Counted from the first letter of the stretch, positions 10,947 to 21,159 are shown. The stretch is DNA of 64,000 bases from Gemmatimonas sp. (GCA_965279375.1 OZ257156.1:2304001-2368000); one strand, 5' to 3'. Program-made: numbers and translations. Notes: generated from the sequence alone by a model not told the origin.

Positions 10947-13061
10947 CTAGCGGCGCTGAAATTCAGGGGCGCCGAGCGCGAGCCCGACGATCTGTGCGAA
11001 ACCGGCCATCGGAGGGAGCGTGCCGATCGCTTGCGTCAACGTCGCGCCGCGCGTGGGCTTGATCGCTTCGCGTCCAGCGGCCTTCTGCTGCTGGTCCATC
11101 GGACGACGGGCGTCTCGTTGCTGATTGCGTTGCGCAGCGCGCGCGGTATCGCGCGTTGGTGCACCTGCGCTGCCAGCCATGCTGCCACCCATCAGGTCGT
11201 CGGCTGTGTCGTCGAGGGACATGGTGTCGCTCGCGGCACGCGCCTGCAGAAACGGGTTGGTGCCGGTGAGGAGGACCTGTCGCGTGTCGGTCGAGACAGC
11301 GCCGCCGAACAGCTCCTGGATCACGCCATCGACCTGCTTCTCTCGTGCCTGGGTGGCATAGGTCTGCGTCGCGGGCCACTCGACGAGCTTGACGCCCGGA
11401 ACCCGCCCCGACGCCGCGGCCAGTCCGAAGTTGATGCGATTGAGAATTGCGCCCGTGTTCATCCACGCGTCGCCCGTCTCCGGATAGCCGTTGGGCGCCT
11501 GATGCCCAAAGATCGGCTGGCCAAGACGACTGACGAACTGCGCTGTGCGAGGGGACGCGTCGGGCTTGGCGTTCATCGCGCGCAGCGTGCTGACCACCAG
11601 CTCGAAGGGCGACTTCACCTTGGCGCGGTACGAAGCCGTCGCGAAGAACTCGGGGCTCGTCACGATCGTGCGCAGCGTCTCGCGGATATCGCCGTCGGTA
11701 CGCTCGAACGTGGCCGCAGCACGTGCCACCAACGCGGGCGGTGGTGTGTCGCTCACGAAGCGGCGCGCCAGTTTCGTCGCGATGAACGTCGCCGTCTTCG
11801 GGCTGCGTGCGAGCATGTCGAGGACAGCTTCGCCTTCCTCCTGACCACGTCCCGCAGGGAATGCGGTGCCGAGGATGGACTTGGCGCCGGCATCGTGCGC
11901 TTCGCCGCGGAAGGTGAAGTCGCCGCCGTTCGCACCGCGCGCGATCGTCCATCCCGTGAGTGCGCGCGCCACTTCGGTGACGTCGTGTTGCGTGTAGCCG
12001 CCATCCACGCCGAGTGTGTGCAGCTCCATCAGCTCGCGGGCGTAGTTCTCGTTGAGGCCGCGTCGGCGATTGCCGACCGCCTGTGCGAGTTGTGTCAGTC
12101 GTTGCTGTGCTTCCGCGGGTGTCAGCTTGCGCAGCTCGGCTACGCGCTCCGGGGGCAGCGTGGCGAGACGCTGTTGCAGCGCCGGCGGCAGCTGGCCGCG
12201 ATCGATCAGGTCGCCGATGGTGACGTTGGCCATCGCGCGCTGTCCGGCTGCGTTGGGGCGACGGGCGCCTGCCGCGCCGGCTCCTGCGCCGCCGCCCGCG
12301 CGCTGTGCCAAGCGCCGCGCGGGAGCGAGCGTCGGCTGCCCGCTGTCCGCGACGCTTTGCCAGTTGTCGAGGTAGTAGAGCATCGCCGGGCTCTTGGCCA
12401 CCGCACCGAGTAGCGTGCGGAACTTGCCCATGGCGTTGGGGCGGATCGTGTTGGCGTCGTACTCGGGGAGGAAGTACCGCGTGCGGTCCTTGCCGGCGAA
12501 GACGTTGAAGTGATTCTCCCAGAAATCCACCATCACTTCGTTGAGCTGGCGCTCCGTCATGACGGCGCGCGCCACTCGACTGGATGCGATCTCACCGAGG
12601 AACGCGTACGACTGTCGTCCCTGCGCGGCGAGCTTGGCAGAATCGGCGGCGGAGACCGAGCCACCGTTCGCGCGCAGGCGAGCCAATGCCACGCCCGGCG
12701 GCGGATACGCAGCCAGCAGCTGCTCGCCGGTCTGGTTGAGCGTCTTGAATTGTGCCAAAAAGGCGTCGGTGGCACCGTCCGGAATGCGTTCCACTTCGAG
12801 CTGCCGGGCGATCCACGCGTCTACGCCGATGGCGCGCACCGCGGCGACATCGCCGGGCCGGGCACCAAAGCTCAGTCGGTTGAGGGCGTGATGGACCTGT
12901 TGGTCTGCGGTCTGCTCACGAGATGCGACCTCGCTTGAAGACGGGAGCCGGTCCTGGCCCGGGTCTGTGCGGCGGGGGCTGGCGCCCGCACAGGCGGCGA
13001 GAAGAAGCACTGCGCCGGTGCGCGTTGTCGTGGCGAAGGTACGTCGAACGGAGGGTGCCAT
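10947..13061 (-). CDS. DUF1800 family protein (putative lipoprotein)
   Basis: LLLAAC lipobox; LNRLSFG, FWENHFNV, PAMLYYLDN, NENYARELMELHTLG, KVKSPFE motifs. Confidence 0.92.
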   Translation of the reverse strand: MAPSVRRTFATTTRTGAVLLLAACAGASPRRTDPGQDRLPSSSEVASREQTADQQVHHALNRLSFGARPGDVAAVRAIGVDAWIARQLEVERIPDGATDAFLAQFKTLNQTGEQLLAAYPPPGVALARLRANGGSVSAADSAKLAAQGRQSYAFLGEIASSRVARAVMTERQLNEVMVDFWENHFNVFAGKDRTRYFLPEYDANTIRPNAMGKFRTLLGAVAKSPAMLYYLDNWQSVADSGQPTLAPARRLAQRAGGGAGAGAAGARRPNAAGQRAMANVTIGDLIDRGQLPPALQQRLATLPPERVAELRKLTPAEAQQRLTQLAQAVGNRRRGLNENYARELMELHTLGVDGGYTQHDVTEVARALTGWTIARGANGGDFTFRGEAHDAGAKSILGTAFPAGRGQEEGEAVLDMLARSPKTATFIATKLARRFVSDTPPPALVARAAATFERTDGDIRETLRTIVTSPEFFATASYRAKVKSPFELVVSTLRAMNAKPDASPRTAQFVSRLGQPIFGHQAPNGYPETGDAWMNTGAILNRINFGLAAASGRVPGVKLVEWPATQTYATQAREKQVDGVIQELFGGAVSTDTRQVLLTGTNPFLQARAASDTMSLDDTADDLMGGSMAGSAGAPTRDTARAAQRNQQRDARRPMDQQQKAAGREAIKPTRGATLTQAIGTLPPMAGFAQIVGLALGAPEFQRR

Positions 13062-13185
13062 GCACGCATTCTCGGATTGAAGTCACGCCATTGGACGCCG
13101 AGGGGCTCTGCATGTTAACCCCGCAATCGGGTTGCTGGTGTCACGCGGACCTTGAGCCGTGGTGTGGCGATCGGTTGCTTACGCC

Positions 13186-13659
13186 ATGGCTCAGACCGAC
13201 TCTTCCCGCTCGCTGCTGGACCGCGCCCTCGCGGCGGGCGCCCTGTCCACAGTCGCGACCGGTGGCGCATTGATCGGCCTCGGGCTGCGCGAAGCGGAGG
13301 CGAGTCGGGTCTTCCGTCTCGTGGGGCGCGGGCTGCTCGAGCATGTGGGAGTCGTTGGCGTGAGTGCACCGCTGACGTCCGTCGCGCTCGGCTACCTCCA
13401 TCATCTGCTGATTTCGGCGCTCTGGGGCGTCACGCTGGGGGCCATCGTGCTGTCCCCGCGCACGGTGTCCAGGCGAGTGGTGTTCAGCGTGCTCGCGGTG
13501 GTCGTGTACGCCGTGCTCGCCCTGTTTGTGCTCCCATCCCTGCTGCGCATCGGCTACGCGGTGACGTCAAACGTGCCCGGCGTGGTTGCCATTGGTGTAG
13601 CGCTGCTGCTGGCGCTGCTGGGCACCGTATGGGTGGACGCCGCTGAAGTGCACGACTGA
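13186..13659 (+). CDS. Hypothetical membrane protein (about 4 TM)
   Basis: Four hydrophobic segments; LHHL motif in TM2. Confidence 0.65.
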   Translation: MAQTDSSRSLLDRALAAGALSTVATGGALIGLGLREAEASRVFRLVGRGLLEHVGVVGVSAPLTSVALGYLHHLLISALWGVTLGAIVLSPRTVSRRVVFSVLAVVVYAVLALFVLPSLLRIGYAVTSNVPGVVAIGVALLLALLGTVWVDAAEVHD

Positions 13660-13883
13660 CGCGACGTCCGTCACTTGCCGGTGTGACAAAGGCGGCCATT
13701 CGCGGGTATTGCGGGTGCGTGTGTGACGGAATCGCGACGGTTTTTGCGACCCCGGTCACGCGCGGCGTTTCTTGCACTGTTCTACGTTGCAGATCGTTGG
13801 ATGAACCGTCTTAGCCGTGGACGGCGCACGGGGCGACAAGTCCATCCAACCGGTGTTTCCCTTTGACCACAGGAGGTTTGCAG

Positions 13884-14447
13884 ATGGACGTCCTCGTACG
13901 ACTCGAGGCCCGTCCGAGTGATTCGCCGGTGCTTGCGCACGTGAATTCGATCCCGGTGCTTCCGTTTGGTACGCGCTCTCGGCGTGAAGTAGTCACGCTG
14001 TACGGTGCGGCCGACGCCCAGTCCCTCGCCTTGGCCCTCGCGGCCACCGTCGAGAGTGAGCGACAGGAAGTCCCGCAGTCGGGCGTGGTGCGACACATTG
14101 GCGTGTGGCCGGACCGTGGGGCGATTGGCGATTCGGCATGGCGGGATGGCTCGACCGGACGATTGGTCACGCGTGATCTCGACATTCCGTTCGTGGCACT
14201 CGAAGCGCGAGCGGTCGAGTTGCTTGGAGAATGTGGTCCGACGTTGCGTCGTATTACCGCTGGGCTGGGAATGGCCGACTGGCCGGAAGGAACCGATCGC
14301 GCACTGAGCTTCACCTTTGCATCCACGCCGAGCGCGTTGCAGGGCGGCGGGGCAGGGGAGACGCTGCGGGACGAGATGGGCGTGGAAAATTGGCTGGACT
14401 CACTTCGGGCAGCTGATGCGTTTTCATTTGACGTGGAGGGCGACTAA
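13884..14447 (+). CDS. Hypothetical protein
   Basis: Strong AGGAGG Shine-Dalgarno before ATG 13884; followed by a terminator hairpin; no recognisable motif. Confidence 0.6.
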   Translation: MDVLVRLEARPSDSPVLAHVNSIPVLPFGTRSRREVVTLYGAADAQSLALALAATVESERQEVPQSGVVRHIGVWPDRGAIGDSAWRDGSTGRLVTRDLDIPFVALEARAVELLGECGPTLRRITAGLGMADWPEGTDRALSFTFASTPSALQGGGAGETLRDEMGVENWLDSLRAADAFSFDVEGD

Positions 14448-14474
14448 GCCCCTTTCTTCGTTCGAGTAGGACCC

Positions 14475-14503
14475 AGAGGCCGCGATCACTGATCGCGGCC
14501 TCT
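14475..14503 (+). terminator. Intrinsic terminator
   Basis: Perfect inverted repeat agaggccgcgatca-c-tgatcgcggcctct followed by cgtattt. Confidence 0.7.
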
Positions 14504-14714
14504 CGTATTTCCGGCCCATCGGTCGCGAAGCAACAGGCACGGTCGCGTCGCCGAGCACGTGCACTGTCGGGACCGCCACCGCAACGCTCAGGGTTTCCCT
14601 GAATTGACGTTCCAGTGGGCCGGCGCCATGCTCGAGGCGTCAGCAGGCGAGTTTCCCCTGCCGATGGTTCTGGGCCCTGCACTGCGCGGCCAGACGCCGC
14701 GCCCCGGAGGAACG

Positions 14715-16811
14715 ATGCGGGAGTACGATAGCGCCGGCATCAGGAACATCGCCGTGGTCGGTCACGGCGGAGGTGGCAAGACGAGTCTCGTGGATGCGCT
14801 CTGCTTTGCAGCGGGCTCCGGACGACGGCACGGCACGGTCCACGCAGGTAACGCGCTCACCGACTATCTCCCCGAGGAGATAGAGCGCGGATACTCCATC
14901 GCTTTGGGCTGTGCATACGCCGAGTGGATGGATAGCAAGATCAACTTCATCGACACGCCGGGTTCGCTCGACTTTCAGGGCGATGCGATCGGTGGTCTCG
15001 CGGCCGCCGACGGCGCGCTCTGCGTGATTGGTGCCGCCGCCGGCGTGGAAGTGGGCACGGAGCGCATGTTCGACGCCGCGCTCGACCGGCAGGACCCGAT
15101 CCTCTTCGTCGTCTCGATGATGGACAAGGAGTTCGCCGACTTCGATCGTGTCTACGCGCAGATCAAGGAGCGCCTCACGCCGAAGGTCATTCCCGTCGAG
15201 ATTCCGATCGGCGCCGGCGCGAACTTCCGCGGCGTGATCAATCTCTTCACCCAGCGCGCGTATCTCTACGCGCCCGGTGCCAAGGGCGAGTTCGTCGAAG
15301 GGGATGTCCCGCCGGAATGCGCCGATCGTTTCGCACGGTATCGCCAGGAACTCATCGAAGCGATCAGTGCGACGGACGACACGCTGCTCGAGCGCTATCT
15401 CGAAGGTGGCGACATCGACCGCGACGAAGCCATCGAGGGCATGCGGGAAGCCATGAAGCGCATGGACCTCTTCCCGCTCTTCTGCGCGTCGTCGGAGACC
15501 ATGATCGGCGTGCGTGCGCTGCTCACCGAACTTGTGCAGCTCATGCCGAATGCGCGCGATATGGAAGAAATCCACGCGCTCGTCGGTGCCGAAGGCGCGG
15601 AGACGATTCAGCTGCACGCGCGTGATGACGGACCCTTCGCCGCGCTCGTCTTCAAGACTCTCGCCGAGCCGCACGTGGGTGAGGTCAGCTACTTCCGCAT
15701 CCTGTCAGGGTGTGTGCGCACAGGGCAAGACGTGTTCAACGCGACGCGGGATCTGGGCGAGAAGCTGGCGCATCTCGCGATCCCCTGCGGCCGCGAACGG
15801 ATCGATGTCGACACGCTGCACGCCGGTGATATCGGCTGCGTCGCGCGCCTGCGCAACACGCACACCAACGACACGCTGTCGTCTCGTGAGCATCCGATTC
15901 GCCTGCAGCCTATTCGCTTTCCCGAGCCGCTCGTGCACTACGCCGTACGTGCAGCAGCGCGCAGCGACGAAGAAAAGCTGCAGATCGGACTGCATCGCCT
16001 GCACGATGAGGATCCGACGATCGAAGTCCACTACGATCCCGATACCCACGAGACGATCGTCAGCGGATTGGGCGAGCGACATCTCGACGTGGCCGTGTCC
16101 CTGCTGCGTCGCAAGGCTGGAGTGCAGGCGGAACTCGCAGCGCCAAAGATCGCCTATCGCGAGACGATCACGGTGCGTGGCGAAGGGCAGGGCCGGCACA
16201 AGAAGCAGACCGGTGGACGCGGACAGTTCGGCGACTGCTGGGTGCGACTGAGTCCGATGCCGCGCGGTGAAGGCTATCTCTTCGACAACCGCATCGTCGG
16301 TGGCGCGATCCCGTCCAAGTACATCCCAGCCGTGGATCGTGGCGCGCAGGAGGCGGCCGCGCGCGGTGTGCTCGCCGGCTATCCGTTGGTGGACGTGCGC
16401 GTCGAATTGTACGACGGCTCGACGCACTCCGTGGACTCCAACGAAATGGCGTTCAAGCTGGCCGGGATGCTCGCGTTCCGCAGCGTCGTGCCCAAGTGTC
16501 GTCCGGTGCTGCTCGAGCCACTCGATCTGCTCGACATCACGCTTCCCGACACCTTCCTCGGCGATGTGCTCGGCGATCTCTCGGCACGCCGTGGCCACAT
16601 CCTCGGCACGGAAAGCGGCGCCAAGGGCACCATCGTGCGCGCCGTGGTGCCGCGCGCCGAGTTGCATCTGTATGCCACGCAGCTGCACTCGCTCACGCAC
16701 GGGCGCGGCCAGTTTTCCAGTCGATTCAACGGATACGAGCAGGTGCCAGCCGAAGCCACGCAGCGCATCGTCGCCAGCAGACAGCGCGAGGTGGAGCTGG
16801 TGGACGCCTGA
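14715..16811 (+). CDS. Elongation factor G paralog (EF-G2-like)
   Basis: IRNIAVVGHGGGGKTS, DTPG, IAYRETI, HKKQTGGRGQFG, HSVDSNEMAF, LLEP; GGAGG SD; not within an rpsL-rpsG-tuf operon. Confidence 0.92.
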   Translation: MREYDSAGIRNIAVVGHGGGGKTSLVDALCFAAGSGRRHGTVHAGNALTDYLPEEIERGYSIALGCAYAEWMDSKINFIDTPGSLDFQGDAIGGLAAADGALCVIGAAAGVEVGTERMFDAALDRQDPILFVVSMMDKEFADFDRVYAQIKERLTPKVIPVEIPIGAGANFRGVINLFTQRAYLYAPGAKGEFVEGDVPPECADRFARYRQELIEAISATDDTLLERYLEGGDIDRDEAIEGMREAMKRMDLFPLFCASSETMIGVRALLTELVQLMPNARDMEEIHALVGAEGAETIQLHARDDGPFAALVFKTLAEPHVGEVSYFRILSGCVRTGQDVFNATRDLGEKLAHLAIPCGRERIDVDTLHAGDIGCVARLRNTHTNDTLSSREHPIRLQPIRFPEPLVHYAVRAAARSDEEKLQIGLHRLHDEDPTIEVHYDPDTHETIVSGLGERHLDVAVSLLRRKAGVQAELAAPKIAYRETITVRGEGQGRHKKQTGGRGQFGDCWVRLSPMPRGEGYLFDNRIVGGAIPSKYIPAVDRGAQEAAARGVLAGYPLVDVRVELYDGSTHSVDSNEMAFKLAGMLAFRSVVPKCRPVLLEPLDLLDITLPDTFLGDVLGDLSARRGHILGTESGAKGTIVRAVVPRAELHLYATQLHSLTHGRGQFSSRFNGYEQVPAEATQRIVASRQREVELVDA

Positions 16812-16857
16812 GTGGCGCCAGTGTCGTTCCGTGCAACGTGTGTACGCAGTGTGTACG

Positions 16858-16895
16858 ACGAAGGCGCTCACCGATGAACCGGTGAGCGCCTTCGT
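16858..16895. terminator. Bidirectional terminator between the EF-G paralog and the pilin cluster
   Basis: acgaaggcgctcaccg-atgaac-cggtgagcgccttcgt between convergent genes. Confidence 0.75.
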
Positions 16896-16936
16896 GCATT
16901 GCATGACTCGACGACGTTGCGTATCGCGAGCTCGCG

Positions 16937-18865
16937 TTAACGCCCCGTGAACCAGGTCGACGGATTGAACCCCTGCGGATTCACTTCGTAGTACTGACTC
17001 CGCGTCCAGCGGCCCGTCGTCGGGAAATACGGCGGCGGATACTGCAGCAAGCAGCGGTTGAACGACAAGTCATCGTAGTAGCCATGCAGATTGCTGCCAC
17101 TCATCGTGCCCGTCTGTCCGGTGCGTGCTTCGATCGTGCCACCGATCAGTCGCGTGGTACCGCGCGTGACGTAGCGGTTGGCGGCCAGGCCTGCGGGCGG
17201 CGACGCATTCTCGGCAGCGACGGACTTGAGGGCCAGCAGCGATGCGTGGATCGCCATGTCCGGTCGATTCGCCGACGGATCGAAATCCTTGCGCGGCCAC
17301 GTCCAGGCGCTGCCGTCGTTGTTGGTGCGACGCCACTGCGGTGTCGCGAGCGTATTGTCGGCGTACATCACGTACTCGCCGGAGAACAAGCCGACAACGT
17401 CGTCGTCTGGGGTACACGCACCAGTGGTGACGCCAGGGCTCGTGGCCTGCGTGAGGTTGTGCGCGATGACGAGCATGTTCCGCGATGCAACGGTCACGCG
17501 ACCGCGTACGACACCGCTGACCGCGACCTTCCCTTCGGCGAAGATCACACCGCGAAAGTTCGGATTGTACGCGGCGCTGAGCGGCCACAGGTAGTCCGCA
17601 TCGGCCCGCGCCGCCAGCGAGGCGGGAATGCTGCCTGAGGTGCGCGGCATCCAGTAGCCACCGGAATCGGACGCGGCAAAGATACCCGTCGCGGTCAGGC
17701 GCTCATCTCCGCCCAAGTAGCAGCGCGTCGTGTTGTCATCGAAGGCATCGGCCTTGTCCTTCATCAGCGTCTGGTAGTTGCCGCTGGCGCGATGTGCAAT
17801 CGCTCGCATGGTGATGGGCACTGCACTGCGTCCACCGACATTGGTGACGCGACCGCAATTCGGCGAATACAGCACGCTGTCGATCGGTACGGCTGAACCG
17901 GTCGGCACCGGAGCGCCCGAGGCCGCCGTTGGCGGAATCGGCGGGCGCGCCATCGCCCAGCCGGCGCCCAACGGTGAGCCGGTCTTCGTCTGATAGACAC
18001 GGAAGTAGCCGTCATTCGGGCCCGTCGTGTTGCCGTCACCGTCGGCATCGATTGCGAGAAACTCGATACGCATCGTGGCCAGCGCCGAGTCGCCCGTGAC
18101 GACGTTGGGCGTGAAGACGTAGCCGGCCCGATTCGCGATGTTCTTGAGCACGTTCAGATCGGCCGTTGTCGGCATCGGGATCCTGGCGATCCGCTCCGTC
18201 GGCGGCCCCTTCTTGAACAGCGCAAACGTCTTGTTGGTGACGACAGCGGACGTGGTCACCACGTCATGGAAGGTGGCCTGCGGCGACGGTGTGCCGCCGT
18301 TCCAGACGTAAATCGTGTCGTTGCTGTGCACGGGCCCCTGCGCTTGCGCGCCGAGCGCCCAATACAGCAGCCAGCCCGCCGTCGATCGCGCCTGATCGGT
18401 GAACGACGCGTAGCGCGCAAACGACTCCTGGAACATCTGCGCGCGTCGAATGGCCGTGTTGCCGTAGCTGTCCGTCACCTGCGCCACCACCTCGGCCTGC
18501 ACGCCGAACTCACCCGCGTTGCGGAGCGAGTCGGAGTTGCCGAGACGCGAGACCCAGATCGAGCGGCGCAGACCGCCGCCGATGTTCACGTTGTTCGCGA
18601 CGGTGAGGTAGCCTTCCATCGGCACGGTATCGAGGCGCGCGTTCATGCGCGAGCGCTCGATCTCGAGTGAGGAGATCGCGGCGTCGTCGACGCTGGACGC
18701 GCGGTCGGATCCAGCCTGCACCAGCTTGCCGGACATCGCCATCACGGCCGACGCGAGTGCGATGACGGTCGCCACCATCGCGATCAGCAGTACCGCGACG
18801 AGCGCAAAGCCGCGACGGGTGCGAACGAGCTTTCGTCCCGGAAGCCTCATGCGTGTGGTCCTCAT
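16937..18865 (-). CDS. Large PilX/GspK-like minor pilin
   Basis: Class III signal RRG|FALVAVLLI lacking Glu5, typical of PilX/GspK; last gene of the four-pilin cluster; ATGA overlap with upstream gene. Confidence 0.75.
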   Translation of the reverse strand: MRTTRMRLPGRKLVRTRRGFALVAVLLIAMVATVIALASAVMAMSGKLVQAGSDRASSVDDAAISSLEIERSRMNARLDTVPMEGYLTVANNVNIGGGLRRSIWVSRLGNSDSLRNAGEFGVQAEVVAQVTDSYGNTAIRRAQMFQESFARYASFTDQARSTAGWLLYWALGAQAQGPVHSNDTIYVWNGGTPSPQATFHDVVTTSAVVTNKTFALFKKGPPTERIARIPMPTTADLNVLKNIANRAGYVFTPNVVTGDSALATMRIEFLAIDADGDGNTTGPNDGYFRVYQTKTGSPLGAGWAMARPPIPPTAASGAPVPTGSAVPIDSVLYSPNCGRVTNVGGRSAVPITMRAIAHRASGNYQTLMKDKADAFDDNTTRCYLGGDERLTATGIFAASDSGGYWMPRTSGSIPASLAARADADYLWPLSAAYNPNFRGVIFAEGKVAVSGVVRGRVTVASRNMLVIAHNLTQATSPGVTTGACTPDDDVVGLFSGEYVMYADNTLATPQWRRTNNDGSAWTWPRKDFDPSANRPDMAIHASLLALKSVAAENASPPAGLAANRYVTRGTTRLIGGTIEARTGQTGTMSGSNLHGYYDDLSFNRCLLQYPPPYFPTTGRWTRSQYYEVNPQGFNPSTWFTGR

Positions 18866-20055
18866 GGCACCACCACCGCGATCGAGGCCGCGAGCGTCGA
18901 GAGATTGGGTGTGCAGTCCTGCACGGCCAATCCGTACTGGTACGACTTCGCCGAGCCACGCTCGACGCCGCCGTCCTTGTAGTTGTAGGTCATCGTTCCT
19001 CCGACCACACCAATGGTGGCCAGCGGCTCACCCCACACCGCTGCGCCTGACAACCTGCGCCAGAGTACGTAGCGCACGGCATCGGTCTCGCCGCCGCCAT
19101 CGTCAGTGGCCTTGCTCCACGACAGCATCACTGCGTTGCTGTCGACGTTCCACGCGGCACTCGCCGCACCGGGCGCGATCGGTGGACGTCCGCAGGCGCG
19201 TGACTGGCGCGCGACCGCGGTATTCGGCATGGGGACGGTGTAGCGCACCACGTTGCGCGTGCCGGCGCTCGGCGTGGTCGCCTCGAAGGTGACCTCCACG
19301 CCGCGCAGCTGATCGATGCGCGTCGACGTGGCGGTGCCCGTGTCCGGCGTGACGCCCCGATACATGACGGACTTCGACAGCGGCAGCCAGCTGCGCGGTA
19401 CCGTGTCGAGATCGGTGAGCGTTGAGTTGTAGCGGGTCGGGTCGTACCAGTAGCGGAAGAACGGCGTCGATGGCGACTTGCGAAGTCCGGTTGCGATGAT
19501 CTCCGCGGTGCCGTTGTTCACCTGACGCAACAGCATGTAGTCCGCCGCGTCGGAGGACGATGTGTCGCGCGTGAATCGGAAGATGATCAGCTCTGCATCG
19601 CCGCTGGTGCCCGCGATGGTCGAATAGTCGGCCAGCGGGTACGTGAACGACGATCCGGGGATCGTGATCGCGTTCGAGAGCGAAATGGCGCTGACCTCTG
19701 CCGCGGTCGCATACGGATCGACGTACACGGCGCCGGTGAAGCGCGCCGAGTCGGCGTCGTTGCTCGTGAGGTCGCTGTTGAAGGCGAAGACGCTGTCGTT
19801 CGCGTACACCACGATGGGCTGATTGTCCATCACGTTCGTGCCGGCCGTGCGTAGCTCTTGGCGCATGATGTCGCGACCGAAGCGGCCGTTCTGAATCGAC
19901 GCGGACTTGGTGGCAAGCGTGCGGAATCCCTTGCCTTGCGCCAGCAGGAATCCGAATGCGGCGCTCATGATCAGCCCAAAGACGACCAGGGCGACCATGA
20001 CTTCCGCAAGCGTGAAGCCGCGTCGTGCGCGGCGGATCGATGTCGAAGGGGTCAT
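18862..20055 (-). CDS. PilW/GspJ-like minor pilin with C-terminal beta-sandwich (FN3-like) region
   Basis: RRG|FTLAEVMVAL; QELRTAG motif; ATG 20055 overlaps the upstream stop. Confidence 0.8.
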   Translation of the reverse strand: MTPSTSIRRARRGFTLAEVMVALVVFGLIMSAAFGFLLAQGKGFRTLATKSASIQNGRFGRDIMRQELRTAGTNVMDNQPIVVYANDSVFAFNSDLTSNDADSARFTGAVYVDPYATAAEVSAISLSNAITIPGSSFTYPLADYSTIAGTSGDAELIIFRFTRDTSSSDAADYMLLRQVNNGTAEIIATGLRKSPSTPFFRYWYDPTRYNSTLTDLDTVPRSWLPLSKSVMYRGVTPDTGTATSTRIDQLRGVEVTFEATTPSAGTRNVVRYTVPMPNTAVARQSRACGRPPIAPGAASAAWNVDSNAVMLSWSKATDDGGGETDAVRYVLWRRLSGAAVWGEPLATIGVVGGTMTYNYKDGGVERGSAKSYQYGLAVQDCTPNLSTLAASIAVVVP

Positions 20056-20453
20056 GGTGCGGCGATGGTGATGGTTCGACTGATCGGCGTCGGCAGATTC
20101 GTCGACACGACGGCCGACACCCGCACGGTGACCGTGGTGGTGTTCATGCCGCTGGTCGTGTCGCGGGTCACGGTGGTCTGGGATATCAGTCCGTTCGAAG
20201 TGCCGTTGAAGCGCACCTCGGTCAGCTGACCGATCGTGGAATACGTAGGCCAGGCCCGTGCTCGCCCGATCTGCATCTCGGCGACCGACTGCGCGCGGTT
20301 GCGGATGTCCGCATCGCTCACCGAGCGCGACATCGTTGTGGTGCCCATGCCCATGGCGAGAACCACACCGGCGAGAATCACCAGCGCGATCATCACCTCG
20401 ATCAACGTGAATCCGTCTCGGGAACCCGCGACGGCCGTACGAGAAGTGCTCAT
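20052..20453 (-). CDS. PilV/GspI-like minor pilin
   Basis: DG|FTLIEVMIALVIL; short (133 aa); ATGA overlap. Confidence 0.82.
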   Translation of the reverse strand: MSTSRTAVAGSRDGFTLIEVMIALVILAGVVLAMGMGTTTMSRSVSDADIRNRAQSVAEMQIGRARAWPTYSTIGQLTEVRFNGTSNGLISQTTVTRDTTSGMNTTTVTVRVSAVVSTNLPTPISRTITIAAP

Positions 20454-21040
20454 CGTCCATGCCTCCAGGCGCTGTTGGCCCACGCGTACCACTCTGGCCG
20501 AGCCGTGGCGCGCGCAATCACGACCGCACGGGTGTCGGCGTCGCTTCCGCCCGACATCGCCTTCGCGGTCGACAGGTAGAGCGTCACGGTGCGGTCCACG
20601 CTGCCGTTGCGTTGCAGCACCAGCATGGGCTTGCCGTTGCTGGTCAACATCGTCGGCATGCTGGCTGTCGCCGTACCCAGGGCGCCGACGGATGAGGGGC
20701 GACCGAACTTCACGCGCTCGGGCAGCGGAAAGGGGCGCGTACGTTCGCCGCTATCGAAGCGGCCGTTGTTGTTCGCGTCCCAGACGGTCTCGATGTTGTG
20801 GCCCGCGGTGTCGATCACGAACAGCACGTTGTGCTGTCGCGCAGCGGCGTCGCGCTGAGCCACCATCAAAGCCATACCGAATGTGCGAGCAGCGGCATCG
20901 ACCTGGGAATTGTCGACCCGCACTTTGGGCATCACTAACGCAGCGAGGATGCCGACAATCGTTATGGCGATCAGGAGTTCGATTAACGAGAAACCGAGCG
21001 CGGTTCTTCGTCGAATCGGGCGCGGTACTGTGACGGACAT
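20450..21040 (-). CDS. FimT/FimU/GspH-like minor pilin
   Basis: LG|FSLIELLIAITIVGILAALVMP; first gene of the cluster. Confidence 0.85.
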   Translation of the reverse strand: MSVTVPRPIRRRTALGFSLIELLIAITIVGILAALVMPKVRVDNSQVDAAARTFGMALMVAQRDAAARQHNVLFVIDTAGHNIETVWDANNNGRFDSGERTRPFPLPERVKFGRPSSVGALGTATASMPTMLTSNGKPMLVLQRNGSVDRTVTLYLSTAKAMSGGSDADTRAVVIARATARPEWYAWANSAWRHGR

Positions 21041-21159
21041 GGTGCTGGCCTGGAAATGGGGAGTCCTGTCTCACCCACCAGACGCCGCCTGCGTGCGGCT
21101 CGTCACCGATCGTCACCCTCGCGGCACGCACCGTTTTGCGGTGCGTGCCATTCAGCCAA

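Noticed and set aside
13680..13760. TGTGA half-sites suggesting CRP/FNR boxes
   Set aside because: The second half-sites do not match TCACA at the right spacing.
18862..20517. 551-aa ORF as listed in the track
   Set aside because: The upstream ~154 codons overlap the PilV-like gene in another frame; the true start is ATG 20055, just before the prepilin motif.
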